The notes below the pieces were generated by a model. That model worked only from the letters and a program-made list of their open reading frames with translations. It ran no database searches and was not told the DNA's origin. The position numbers and the translations under genes were made by a program. A stretch of 64,000 bases of DNA from Paraspadella gotoi (Eukaryota > Animalia > Chaetognatha), in contig CM119264.1 in the NCBI GenBank assembly GCA_051294375.1, forward strand, positions 25,997,376-26,061,375. The letters run 5' to 3'. This document shows positions 28,779-45,297 of this stretch, piece after piece; within the stretch, counting starts at the first letter, position 1; every line of letters begins with the position of its first letter.

Positions 28779-30303
28779 CGAAAACTTGCTAACCCGACAA
28801 AAGACCTGCGGTGCCTCGAAATCTAACGGCGAATAATCCTCATCAAGGACCAATGGAAAATAAACTACTGAAAACTGCAGAGGCTACCATAAATATTTTG
28901 CATTTCAATTTGTTTTCGACCTGTTGATATTGTGTGCATACAATAGAAGATTCAATGTAAAAACGTAATCCTTCGGCAGCGTTATGTTAAATTGTACGTA
29001 GGCGACACTTGACCTTGTAATTTTTAATGTAACAGGCTGAAAGCCTTTATAGTATCTTTATGTTGTAGTTGGTGTAATACAAGATTTAATTATCTCTGCT
29101 TGTTTTTTTAACTGCCTTAAAGGTTCCAATTAAACTGTTGAAAGTTGTTGCAATATCATAAAATAAGTGCATTTATAATTAATCACTGTTATTCAATACG
29201 CCTAGTCTTTGTTACGGCTATATTTTTGACGAATATTCACTTTTCCCTTCGAAGTGATCAACCAAAAGTTGTCCACAGTGTATTTTATTCTGGGCCATCA
29301 AGCCGCAATAACATGATGTGAATAAAACGTCGATGAATGCGAACTCGAATTTGTGAAAGTTCACAGAATTTAAAAAAAAAATTAATATAAAGATTTGAGT
29401 AGAGCGCCATTCTTCTGATATTTCGTTAAATTTACGTACAGTTGAGCTTAATTTCGGTTATCGAATGTTTCCCCCACCCCAGATTTTTTTTTTTACTCAA
29501 CCCCTTCATTTTTCTACCGCTAAAAGGCGGCCATCCTGGTCAACTTCTCGGTTAGTTTTGTGTCCCATCGGTAGGTTGAAAAAGCTAGCTCGCCAAATGG
29601 GATTATTTTTAAACTGCTTCCACGAGTCGATAACATTTGCTTTAGTCTACGCCTTGATGGTCGCGCGTCGGCCGACGATATGCATTTTTTCAGGGTAGCC
29701 AGTTTCGAGCACATTCGAGTGATAACTCCCATGTAGCTCCTATTATTCTATATGTCTCACTACGCCCTCCATCTCCCGATTGAAACACGTCATTTATCTT
29801 CCACTTCATTTTTATTCAATGTTAACAGATAAAAAAATCTTTTTCAAAACAATTCGTTCGCAGAGCTACCATCGAAGTAAAAACGCAAAGTAATTTCAAA
29901 CCTCTTGAGAGTTAGGGCCGAAACTAAATAGCATCCAAACGTAAAATTTGTTTTTTTTTTTTCAACGGAATGTAAATAAAAATCCGGCCTGACTGCTTCT
30001 ATTAAACGGAAACCGGGCACGGGTCGTAAAAAAATTAAAAGCTACTACATTATGAAAAATTATCACATTATAAAATAAAGAAAATTGAACCACGAAAACG
30101 CTACAGGACTTGGCCAAAGAAACGAGACCCGTCAAATTGCTAAAAAAAAAGAAAAAAAAAAGAAGAATTTAAACGATCTAAAAAGCAGCGGATGATAGCG
30201 TTGCTTCAATTTGTTCCCCTTTTTCTTCAAAAAAAAATCTCCTGTAATGTTCGCAATTTATAAATTAATAAAACCATATATTTGACAATGTTTAATGTTG
30301 GAC

Positions 30304-32894
<2,591 letters not shown>

Positions 32895-33814
32895 TTTGAT
32901 TGATTTGTAAGTTTTTTTTAGTTTAAGGAAAAAACTTATGCGATTAGTAGACTGAAAAATAGGACACAGAATTTTAAAACTTTAGAAATAGCAAAAGAAA
33001 AAGCTATTAATACATCAATAAATAAAGGCGTGTATAACTGAATATCGAGCTAAATCACACAAAAACTGTCAGGATCAGATTCGACAAAAAAAAACCGGAA
33101 AAACTAGTTTGATTCCCGCATTAAAGGATCACTGTTAATATTTTTTTTTTTTGGAACGAAGATAAATGGACAACAATTTTATGTGTTCGCGAGAATGAAA
33201 GGAATAACGATTGTGAATAATGAATAAAATCAAATTCGAATAAAGCATCAAGATAGATTCTTATTTAAAGTTTAGATTATATGAATAGACAGAATATATT
33301 TATATTTTTAATTTTATTTATTTTTTTTAAATTTAATTTATTTCCTTCTTTTAATAAAACTTTTAATTATTTTTCAACTGCAGGATGAAAACTAAAATGT
33401 GATCAAAGCGTCACAACCGCAACCGGGTGATCGTTCGACTATTTCCGCCAGTAACTTCCGCAGTGAAGTTGATGTAGAAAAAAAATCCTTTAAAATTTGT
33501 TTCGTTTTTCCCTTATCCGGTTTGGATTCCGAACTCAATTGAAACTCGAGCCGTCGTCAAAACAAAACCGAAGAGGAAGAGGGACGGGAATTACTATGAC
33601 GACGAAGTCCACAACAAAAAGTATATAGGAAAGATTTAAACGTTAATAATTAAAGAAGTACCGGAAAATGAAAAACAAAGTGGTTCAAAATTATGTAGAT
33701 GAAAAATAATTGTTAGAAAGGAATAGAAAATGTTGAAAGAGAAACCGCGTAAAAAAAAAAAAAAAGAATGACTCATGAAATTTTTTTGAGCGCGGAGGAT
33801 GACGTGCTTTGCGC

Positions 33815-34375
33815 AAAACCGATGGCAACCGAGTGGCAATGCTAGAATCCGCCGGTGCGTCCTACTTTTACACCGCCGGGAATCTTCGGAGAACCTTTTC
33901 TACCCTCCCTCCAGATAATGGATAAAAAGACAAAAAATCATGCATGTTGACATGTTGACGATCAAATTAAATGTTGACGATCAAATTAACAGGTTATCTC
34001 TCTTCCTCATAAAAATGTAGAAATTAACGTAAACGCGGTGGACGCGAATGCCGCTCGAAGAGATTGACGATGACATGATATGCCGATGACGTTTCATTGA
34101 ACTCAGATATCGCCAGTCTTTAGATCTAACGCGATGGCAACTGTGGCAACAGAGTGGCAACAGACGAGTACGTTGATGAGATGGCATTCGCGCTGCTTCT
34201 CTCTTGCCAACGAAGCAGTCGCTGCTTCTCCTGCTGCATCGGTGGGCGATGAGTCACAGCAGCAGCGAGGAGAGCGCGGAAAAGCCGCTGGACCAATCGG
34301 GAAACGCTTCTCATTTGAGCGAGATTCGCGATCGGGTCTGCACGGCCAATCAGAGGGGAGGAAGGTTACGTCAGG
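33815..34375. promoter_or_regulatory. GC-rich motif cluster upstream of beta-tubulin (CCAAT boxes, repeated TGGCAAC, TGAGTCA)
   Basis: TGGCAAC at ~33823 and three times in 34134-34161, TGAGTCA at ~34250, CCAATC at ~34293 and ~34346; 0.9-1.5 kb upstream of the tubulin ATG. Confidence 0.35.
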
Positions 34376-37300
34376 CTTGTAACACTTTTTTCTTTATCTA
34401 CTCAATCGTTTGCCAGGTTAGAGTGGAACACGATATTGTACATTAATATAGAAATTATATAGAAAACCAATTTGTTGTACCAATTTCATAGAAAACCAAA
34501 GATTAAATTTAAGTTTAATTAGGTTATAAAAACTGCATGGATTTGTTTAGCTTACAAATTACCATAATTTATATTTATTTAACCTGCCGTAAATTTTTTC
34601 TAGCAAAAAATATTTTTGTTTAAAAAAAATTATTAAATACAATTACTTTTATTTAATTGTCGCGTTTGGTCCAACAAAAAATATTTTTTTCAAATTGATT
34701 ACAAATGCGACTTATTTCCTAGTAAAAATGGTTATCGATAGGTTTTCATTTATTTTCCATTTATTGTGGGACTGAGGCCCTTAGTGAGGGAGAAATTCAA
34801 ATACCAACCGAATTTCGGTAATTAGGCCTAATTAAATAAAACGGAAACGAGTCGAATGTTTTTGCAGAGGTAAAATTGAATGTGTAAAAAAGTGGGGGAG
34901 GGTGTCAAGTTAATTTATTTTCTTTTTAGAAAAAATAAAGATCATCAAGATAGAACTGAGAAGTGAAATAATGGTCAATTGATAATCAGGCAGTGACCTC
35001 TTAATATCAGAGGTTGTTCTGACCTTGACGCTCTTAGAATTTTGATGGTCCATCATCAAAGTTGACTCAGCCGAAATTGGTCGAGTCGGCGATTCGAGTG
35101 TCGAGACATGGAAGGCCGAAGGGCTGGAGGAGACCGCGAAAGAGACCGGCCATTAATTCTGCCAGCATGGCAACGGAAATCACGAGGAACCGCCACGATT
35201 CTCTTCTTTTAGTTCCCACTCGATAAATTATTTATCCATTTATTTATTCAGCGCAGCCAGTTTTACAAACAAGATGGGGCCAAGAATTGACTAGCAAAAC
35301 GATATTTTAACAAGGGAGTGAGAAAAAGGTGCTTTGAAAGCTTCAAAGGTGTCCTTGCGACATGCTGCGCACGCGAAAAAGTATTCACCGAGCCAATTCG
35401 CTGACGAGGCTCCATCTGCTCTAAATGACTGCTTTTGTCTCCAATCTTGTCGCTGATCCTCATGTCAGCAATAAAGTGGGTCAGAATTTAATCGCACGTG
35501 GCATCTCTTTTCTAGGCTTGGTTTTACAATATCGTAGATTGTTAATTTTATTCATATCAAATAATCTAAAAGAAATTACTACTATTTGTAATTTTGCGTT
35601 GGCCCGTACTTCCATTTACCCATTCAATATTTTTAAAGTTATTTATAATTTGAAATTATTATATATAAGACGGTTCATGAAATAGGTCCAACCAAAAGTT
35701 ATACTTTCACTCTTTATATCGGATGGAGCTGCAGAAAATTTGTATACCAATGTTCATGTTTCCTAAGAGTATAATTACAGAGGCTCTCAAGCGCGGAATT
35801 ACTTTTCATTTTTTTGTCCAAATTTAACAATATTTAAAACTGATTGTGAAGTTATCTATTATAAAACGAAACAATTTCTGTGATCAAAAGTCAGTTTGGT
35901 AATTTGTTATTATAAAATAAAATTCTCTTTAAAACCTAACTTATATACTATGATAATTATTATTTATCAACAAAGTCGTCTTTTGAATTCCCCCCCAAGC
36001 TCAACATTTTATTTTTAATAGATTTAAAAAAAAACGTAATGACATAGCAGTTCCTTACAAGCTTTCAATCAAGATTTGGAACTGAAGGATTGATAATAAG
36101 ATACACTTTCAAAGTAAAATTTTTAAAGTAAAAAAATGCTTCTTCAGAAATTTACCCTCTGAAGAAAATTTTTATAACATAGCAACTATCCTAACTTGAA
36201 TAATGGAAAAAAATCTTTTTTTATTAATATGAAAAAAATTTATAACCTGATTGCTCTTCGTTTCGATTATATAACAAGTTTTTTCGTATCAGTCCAGATT
36301 GGTCGAGTTATCGAAATTCATTCATCGATTTTTAAATTAAAGATAAAACCGAGTAGAGACGAGGGCGAGGGCATTGTGAACAGAGCACATTCTTCTTGCA
36401 TCTGGCGCATAGCGGTCACATAATGCATGAGAACGATGCGTTTCTGACAGTCGCGAACAAAGAAACAAAAAAAAAACCCAAAAAAACCAAAGAAAGGCGA
36501 AGAATGAATATTACTATATTTGTTGCAGCTTGGTTCTATGCAAAGGTTATTTCAATAATTTTACCGAAGTATAATTTTAAAAAAATTCTGTAGTTTATCA
36601 TTTTTTACGTTTGAATTTTTAATTTGAAAAAAAGCGCAAAGAAGAGATTTCTGGTATGGCGGGCTTTCGATTTTTTGTGGCTAACGGTTAGGCGGTATTT
36701 CAGCAGCAGCTGCAACTTCTCCGGCATCGACGGATGCAGCGGCAGCGATAAAAGATTGGAAAACAAAAGAGCAACCTCCGAGAGTCTTGTTCTAAATATG
36801 TTTCGAGTCAGCCGTTAGAGGGGTGACAATGTCGGCCGATAGAAAAAGTAAGACATTCGCTGTTTCATGTTCTTGTTGTATTAAATTTGTATTAAATTAA
36901 AGATTTATACAATATTGAATTAAATATACTTAGGATAACTTTCAACATTCTGCCGAGATGAAATCAATAAGCCTCAATTTTGCGAACGAAGACAGTAGTA
37001 AGGAGCCTAGTTATTCAAGTAACTAAGGTTACTTGAATGAACGTATACTACTAATAAAGTGATAATTATACTAATGATGAATATAAATTTTACAGGCTTG
37101 TCTTTTGTTAAACTTCCAGGACATGACTTTTCTTGTCCTACCTGTAGACGCAGAAGCACCTCAGGTCTCTACGCTATCAACAAAGACAACGATTAAACAG
37201 GATTATCCAGTTCTTCTCTCCTTGCGTGTCTCACACTCTCCGAGCTATTCGTGTTTTCAAGGTACCTCAGCTTCTTTTGACCATTTTCTGAAGGGAAACC

Positions 37301-37437
37301 CGTTTTTTGCGGATTCAACAATTAACTGCAAAGCGTTGACTGTTAAACCCGTTCAACCGCACGACATATAACTGTTTTGGGGAGGAAAAAATTTAATAAG
37401 AAACTAGAAAACTCGAAACAAAAACAAAAAAAATAAA

Positions 37438-38061
37438 ATGGCGAACAAGAAAAAAACGGCGGAACTTCGATCGACGCTGACGAGCATCAACGAGGAAATC
37501 CAAAACCTCGTCGCTTCCTTCAACGAAGAAGACGAATTCTTGAATGAATTCGTCGTCAAGGACGAAAGCATCACCGTCGAATCCGTGGACAAGATCGAGA
37601 AGATCAAAGCCTCTCTTCTCGATTCTGACTTTTTGACGAACCTCTCCAAGGCGGAGGTCGACACCTTGAAGGGCGACGAGGAGGACGTCCTCAAGAAGAT
37701 CGAAGCCTCCGCCGTCGAGCGGAAGAAGATCGCCGCGGCGCTGAAGGCCGCGTTGAAGACCAAGGCGGCATTGACGGCGGATCTGTCGGCGCTGCGCCGG
37801 AAAAGAGCCGAAGAACGGGCCGCTTTTCAAGAAGTCATCCGGAAAAAGATGGAAGCCGTCTCCGCCGCCGACGAAGAGTCCATGAAGATCCGGAAGAAGA
37901 CAGCCAAGGAAGTCCAGGTGGCGTTAAGAGGCGCCGGAGGGCCCACGCTTAAGATGTCGCCGGAGGAACTGAAGGAGGCCGATGCTATGGTAGCCAGATC
38001 TTACAACATGATGGGTTATCTGACGCGAGGGGGACTCGACAAAGTTAATTTTTCAAAATGA
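37438..38061 (+). CDS. Intronless 207-aa helical/coiled-coil protein, unknown family
   Basis: Sharp GC3-rich ORF within AT-rich flanks, AAAATGG start context, E/K/A/L-rich heptad-like sequence, AATAAA near 38270. Confidence 0.8.
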   Translation: MANKKKTAELRSTLTSINEEIQNLVASFNEEDEFLNEFVVKDESITVESVDKIEKIKASLLDSDFLTNLSKAEVDTLKGDEEDVLKKIEASAVERKKIAAALKAALKTKAALTADLSALRRKRAEERAAFQEVIRKKMEAVSAADEESMKIRKKTAKEVQVALRGAGGPTLKMSPEELKEADAMVARSYNMMGYLTRGGLDKVNFSK

Positions 38062-38705
38062 TCGAAATCATTGTTTTCGTGTCCGTGTTTTTAATGGTGA
38101 TTTTCTCTTTTAAGTTGGGTTAACTTACTTTTTTTATTAGATTAGTAGTTACAGTTGAGGCTGCGTTTGAAACTTAGGTTTTCGGTTTTTTTTTTAGTTT
38201 GTTTTATATTCGTATTATTATATATTCGATACAGAGTTACAACCTCCCCGTTCCGGTACATTTCTATAAAATAAACTGCCAATGGAACAAACTACCTCGA
38301 AGATGTAAAAAGAAGTTGTGATTCTAAAAGCGAAAACGAGTATATCTATGGATGTTACTTATTACAAATTATTTCAGTTCATAATGTCCATCAACAGTTC
38401 ATGCTTTGACATAAACAGTTAATAAAAATTACCCACCCATTTTTTTCACCAAGATGTTATGGTTTTCTTTGAAATAAAACATACACCACAAGCGTCGAAC
38501 TTTTAGTAATGTTCCTTTGATTATAAATTTAAGTTGCTTAGCCTTCTAATTTTTAGACAATATTATGATTAAATGTAGTTGTAGTAAAGCTTTTGCGTAG
38601 CGACTTACGTTTTGAAGTTTTTGAAAATAACAAATATTTTTTACGTACCACTTTGGTTCTCACGGATTAAACCGTCTTTCTCTCTCTCTTATCTCTCTCA
38701 TCTTC

Positions 38706-38783
<78 letters not shown>

Positions 38784-39553
38784 CTTCCTCTCTCTCTCTC
38801 TCCAACTAAAACTTTGCAATATGTCTCACGTAGGCTGATATTGTTTTGAAATCTTTTTATCTCGCTTCGTGAGAATAAATCATTTTTATCCGTGAAGTGT
38901 ACGTAGAAGGATTAGTTTCATGAATTCTTTCATCCCTAATTCAAATATAAACTATAAGAAAAATAGCAAAAACAACAAGTTCCTGTTCTGGTTCGATGCT
39001 CAACTTTTTTCAAGGATGAAACTTGGCATCTGGTACACGTTAAAAAAAGATTGACGAGATCAACACAGAAATCGGTTAAAACTAAAAAAAAAATAATATG
39101 AAAACAAAACATTTTACGTATATATAAACGCTCCTTCGGCACGTGTCAAGTTTAAAATATATATTTAAATATTCCGCTGCAAGAATGTTTTCAAAGTATC
39201 ACTTTTTTTAGTTCTTTGCTTTGAACAACAAATTATCTGGGAGTTTTAAAACAAGATGAAGTTCACAAGACGATGAAGCCTGAGTGAACTCGAGAAGGAA
39301 GAGGATCTGTGACTGGAAGTTTTTTGGCCAAAGGGGGGGGTGAAGGAGGAGGAGGAGGAGGAGGAGGAGGAAAAGGTGAAGAGGAAGAAGACGAAAAGTA
39401 CCAGAAAGGAAGAAGCAGAGAAAAAAAAGAAGAAGAAGAGGAGGAGAAAGAGAATTGTTTAATTCGGTATTAACTTCGGTTTCGGTTTAAAGTCTCTCCT
39501 CGAAATTCTTTTCTATTTTCTTCTCTCAACCGTAAATTTTCGTTCCAGTCTTT

Positions 39554-39657
<104 letters not shown>

Positions 39658-39971
39658 TGTTGTCGATCTATCACTTATTTAAATCGATTTTGTTTTGTTG
39701 CGTCGGGACTGAAAATTCTCTAACTTCGTGATCGGAATTCTGGCTTCGTCTACTCAAATCTCAATGGTCTATTATTCTCGATAATGATTGTTCAATGAAC
39801 AAACAATGAGTTTCAACAAAGTAGACCAATCGAGATAAAAAAATAATTCGGCTGTTTCTGAATGCATCCCGGCTTAATGAGTCATCGTTATTTCTATTTC
39901 TCTGGCTTTAGTTTACATCGCTTTTAAATCTATCTGCTTATCAGTCTCTTGCTCTTTTCCTTTTTTTAATT

Positions 39972-40099
<128 letters not shown>

Positions 40100-40394
40100 T
40101 TTATCTTTCTTTCTTTCACCAAAAGGCTTTTCCTAATGCATGAAGACTAAAAAAAACAAAAAAACAAAAAAACACACTTCAGACTCCGAATATCATTCCT
40201 CGTTTTTTTCTTTTGCGAAATAGATTCCATAATTTTTAAATAAGTTTTAAAAAAAATTAATTTTCAGGGAATTTAAAAAGCGTCGAGCAACTCCATTTCC
40301 GCAATCTCATTTCCGCATTCCTTTTGCTGCATTCCCTCTTCCTACACTCCGCTCTGCCGCATTCCTCCTCAGCATTTCCCCTTCGCTCAAAACG

Positions 40395-43300
40395 ATGTCG
40401 CATTCCACGATCCTCGACGCGATCAACGCCGGCGGCGAGAAGCCCCTCAAGAGCGTGGAGACGGTGGAGAAGGTGGTGCTGCCCGACGCCGAGGTGGTCG
40501 CCAAGGAGCGGAAGGAGACGGCCGTCCTCGCCGGCGTCGCAGACTTCGACAAGGCCAAGTTGCAACGCGTCGACACGGTGGAGAAGGACGTCAAACCGGA
40601 CGCGGACGTGTTGAAGAAAGAGAGGAGCGAATCCGAGGTGGGGAGAGGTTGTGGTAGTGTGGGTGGGGTGTGGGAAGGTGGAGGAGGGTGTGTGGGAAGT
40701 GGGTGGGTGTGGGAAGGTGGAAAAAGGTGAGTGGGAAGTGGATGGGGTGTGGGTAGGTGGGGAGGGGTTGTGGGAAGTGGATGGGGTGGAGGAAGATGTG
40801 TGGGAATTGGGTGGGGTGTGGGAAGGATGTGTGGGAAAAGGTGGAGGAGGATGTGTGGGAAGGTCGGGACGGGTGGGGCGCCGAAGGAATGGGATGCAGA
40901 AGGGGGAAGGAGTAGTTGTGACTTAAGGAATCCCGACGCTTGAAAAGAATTTAGAGCATAAAGGGAATGGCAGAAGAAAAAAGTTAACAAAAACCTAACA
41001 TAAAAAATGCTGACTTCTCACTAAAGACAAGATAAAAAAAAGTCTAAAATTAGATATATATCGGTTTTCCTTCCTCAGTCGCAAATAATCTTGTTTGTTA
41101 AAAACTTAAAACTAACTCTCGCGTAATAGTATAACGCGTTCCGTTTTAATGACATAAACCCAGACTCTACCAGTTATTTATCAGCGTTTAAAACTATAAT
41201 TTTCTTCGACGTTCCGAGATAAAAAAAACCCATTCCATTCGAGCCTTATCTTTATTTATTCAGTCTTACGCTTTTAATCTTTATCTCGATTTCGAACGCC
41301 CTCCAAAGGGAGAGCTGACTGGCTGATTGTCGAACGGGCAGATTGTTTTTTGTTTTTTTTTTTTTAAGTTTTGTTTCGTTTAGATTTTTTAAAAAAATTT
41401 CTAAACAATATACTCCGGGCCGAATTTAACTTTAAGTAGAGCAGAAGCCCTGCTGGTATGTTCTGTTTATTATGATAATAATGATGATAATGATGATAAT
41501 CTGCAGTTCAAAATTAAAAAAAAAAACTTCTTAGCTTATATTTGTTTTTGTCATTTATATTAATCTATGAAGTATTTTGAAGTTTACAAATGAACTCCCT
41601 TTTTGTTGTTGTTGTTGTTGTTGTTGTTTTTGCAAGATGATTTACTCATCTAATTCATCTTAAACTGTTTCTTTCCGTCTCAACTGTTTCGCCTCACCGG
41701 CCTTTTTCCCTTCCTTTCCAGTGACCCAGTCCCCGCCTTTTCAGTTGTGATCTCTCTCTCTGTCTCTCTCTGACCTTCTCTTGAACCGGCGTTAAAAAAC
41801 AGGACCCTTTTTTGGGGCAGATCGGTTTTTTTTTCAGATCTGGTGGAAGTTTGTTTGTCAGATTAATCACGGGCAGAGACTGAATGAGGAATCCGAAGTA
41901 ATGACTACAGGAATTACGAGGAACGAAGTTTGTATATTCTAATGACATTCAACTTCAAGATACTAATTAGTTTTTGAAAGGTTGTATTCTATAAATAAAC
42001 CGCTCTATAAATATTTATAAATATATTAATTATAATAAAAATATTATAAAATACATTGCTATGTGAGTCACTCTGAACAAACGGAAAGGTGCGAGGAAGT
42101 TGACTCTTAAAAATAGTGAGTGTTCCCACTTTTGGTAGAGATTGTGCTAAAAAGGTTTTCCTAAATTTCGTTTCACGCCCAAAACCTGCGACCATTTTTG
42201 AAGGATTTCCCTGACTATTTTTTTTTATTTTCAACTATGGAGTATGGACGTGTCCTTTTCTGATTCCTTTCACTCTAAAAATTACGTGAAAAGTTTAAAA
42301 TGATGCTTTTATGCTTTTATGTGTCTCTACGTACCAATACATTTTCAAACCAGTTATAAATTTATTTTCAATTTCTTAATAATACGAAATATTTTTTTTA
42401 TTTATTCATACACACACGCCGTCATCGTTAAAGCGCGAGAGAGAGAGTCTGAAAGAAAGGGGCAGACACTAGAGAATTTTGTAAGTTCAAGAGCCTTTGT
42501 CAAAAAACTGAATTTATGCAGTCGAAGCCATTCATTAATTGAAAACCTGAACTGATTTATCAATACAACGACGAGAGGTTCGAATGGTAATAGGAAAAGC
42601 AGTTTAAACTTGGTGATTTATCAATGCTGAGACTTGATTGATTCATGTTTAAACTAATTTCTATTATACGTCTTAATTTAATCGAACTATATGAAGAATT
42701 ACCATTTTATTGATAACTTGATACGGATATTTTCTTCCTATTCGCGCCTCCTGACTTTAGCAAGCTAATTGTTTATGCCATTGTTTTCACCATATATAAT
42801 ATCAATATAATTTCTGACTACCTCATTGTTTTTTTTTTCCTTTATCGCCACGCCCATCGATCGCAGGTCCTTCAAGGCGTGGCCGGGTTCGACAAGGGCA
42901 GCTTGAAACACGCGGAGACTCATGAGAAGAACGTTCTTCCCGACGCGGAGGCGGTCGCAAAGGACAAACTCGAATACGGAATGAGGAAGGAAGTGGAATG
43001 CTTCGACAAGAAGGACTTCAAGCACGTCGGTGAGGATGTGTGCGGGACCGGTGGAGGTTAAGAGGGAAGATGAAGGGATAGCGCTCGCTGGCTACGTCCT
43101 GGTCTTTCAACATCTTTGTACAATGTACAAGGCCGCTTTTGACTTGAAGTTTGTAAACCAGTACGGCATCCCATTTTAAACTAGTAAAGAGACTGAACTT
43201 TAAAAAAAAAAAACTTTTTAGCTTTTCTCTGAATTAAATAAGTCTAATTTGAGACGTGCATGCGTAAAATATGCAATATAGGCCTGAGCCAATTATTTTC

Positions 43301-43414
43301 ATTATTTTCCTGTTCCCCCTGTTCTTTTGTTTTTCAGAAACTGTGGAGAAGAACACCCTACCGGACAAAGAGACGATTACTCTGGAGAGACGACTCAGCG
43401 AAGGGGACGATTGA
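40395..43414 (+). CDS. Multi-repeat beta-thymosin/WH2 protein (4 repeats, 160 aa; ciboulot/tetrathymosin type)
   Basis: Exons 40395-40637, 42867-43029 and 43338-43414 (phases 0, 1). Repeats LKSVETVEKVVLP, FDKAKLQRVDTVEKDVKP, FDKGSLKHAETHEKNVLP, FDKKDFKHVETVEKNTLP. Confidence 0.93.
40638..40910 (+). repeat. G-rich degenerate minisatellite (GTGTGGGAAG-like) at an intron 5' end
   Basis: Repeated tgtgggaag/gggtggg units directly after the donor at 40637. Confidence 0.75.
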
Positions 43415-44091
43415 TCAAAAATTAAAGTTTCGATTATTATTTTTTTTTTTTATATTTTTTTTTTCGCTGCTTGTCTTCGATTTTAAAATTTTTTATTGCA
43501 TCCTTGTAATTCTTTTTTTGATTAAGTACTTAATCAGTCGATTCTTTTTTCTCCCGTTGTTCTTGTAATAACCAACGCAATCGCTATCACGACGGGTGAC
43601 TTTTGTTTGTCTTTCTTTCTTTCGAGAGAATTTCGCTGCTAAGCGGATTATATGAGTTCAGAATAAAATCTTAGACCTGCGTTATACTTATAGGTAAGAT
43701 ACGTAAAATGCTTGAAGCCCAACTGAAGTACCAAAAAAATATGTGTAAATGTCAAAAACTGGGTGGAGTGAGAAATCGATTAGAGGAGAAGCAGAAAAGG
43801 ATTTGCTGACAAAATATATCCACTTTAATCACGAATCTCTAATCAGTTTAGTTCAAAAAGTAATCTTGTTAGTGAACAAAAATCAATGCTGATGCCGATG
43901 CTTATTACAATTTTAAAATCGTATCGCATAAATTAATAAAACTCAAAATTTAAAACAAAATATCTCTGGAACGGAGGTGGTCCCTGTGAGGTTTGAAAGT
44001 GAACGCTGGGAAAAATTATTACTTAAAACTGGACCCCTTAACGAGTTATCATCTCTGGAAAAACCGGTCGGTGGATGAAGTTTGAATAAAT

Positions 44092-44162
<71 letters not shown>

Positions 44163-44340
44163 TCTCTCGATTCCAGTTTTTTTCAACTCTCATCGCGTTT
44201 CTTTATATTTCACATCCAAGATTTTCTACCTGGGGAACACAACTGATCTTTCTGAAAAAATAAAAAATTAAAACAACGAACGACAACAAAAAATATCAAT
44301 AGTGATTATTTTTCTTTCTTCTCTCTTCCTCTTCATAATC

Positions 44341-45193
44341 ATGGACGTAAGTAAAAGAATCAATGATGGGTTTTGTTTTTATTTTAATTTCGGTTTCGTT
44401 TTATTTTTATTCAGATTCAATTCGATTTGATTTGAATCTAACGTTTTTTATTCGTAGATATCGATGAATATTATTTAGCGTAATAATTGTAAAATTGACT
44501 TTTCAGTTGAAACTTGAATAAATGACAGCAGCAAGGTGAAAAATTTAGAAAACCAAAAACTAACCGTGAATTTTATTCCCTGATCCCTGCTGCGTACTAA
44601 TGCGCCTTGAATGGGATCACCTCGGCAGTTTTTTCTTCTGATTAGCATTTTGTTTAAAACTTGAAATTCCGCGTTTTATTTCTTCGACGCCAGAAATCCG
44701 ATGTAGTCGAGGCGCCGAAGGACAAGCCCAGATCGCCGTTCGCCGAGGGTCTGGCTCAATTCGACAAATCCAAACTCAAGAAAACTGGTGAGGGGTTTCG
44801 AAAAGGAACTGAAAAGGGAATGGGACGGGCGTCGAGATGTGGTTCGGGACGGGAAAGGGACCGGGACGGGCAATGGGACGATGTGGGTTAAACGGGCAGA
44901 GTGAGAGAAGTAAAGCGGATTCGAGAAAATCCAGTTATTCTCGAGTTCCATTTAATTATATTTATCATTCTTCAGGTCACATTTTTCATTTCCAATAAAT
45001 AATTTAACTAAATGATTTTTTAATGTCAAAAATTATTTTGAGTGTTAAATCGCACATGTACTATCTAAGTGACTAAGCCCAGCCCTCAAATATACATATC
45101 TAGAATTCTTTATTCAATCATTTAACATCAGAGACGAAAGAGAAGAACACGTTACCGACGAAGGAGACGATTGCACAAGAGAAAACTGGCTAA
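44341..45193 (+). CDS. TMSB: Single-repeat beta-thymosin, 53 aa
   Basis: Exons 44341-44346 (ATGGAC|GTAAGT), 44694-44787 and 45132-45193 give [53 protein letters not shown]. The LKKTET motif carries a phase-1 intron. Confidence 0.93.
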
Positions 45194-45297
45194 GTCCCTC
45201 AGCGGGGGGAACTCCATCAAGCCACACTTAGTCGCAGCGGGGGGAACTACATCAACTCGCGATGGAGCTAAAAACAAAAGTTAGCGATCGTCGGCGT

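Noticed and set aside
37393-37830. Minus-strand ORFs over the 207-aa gene, and similar ORFs opposite tubulin and thymosin
   Set aside because: Antisense shadows of codon-biased genes.
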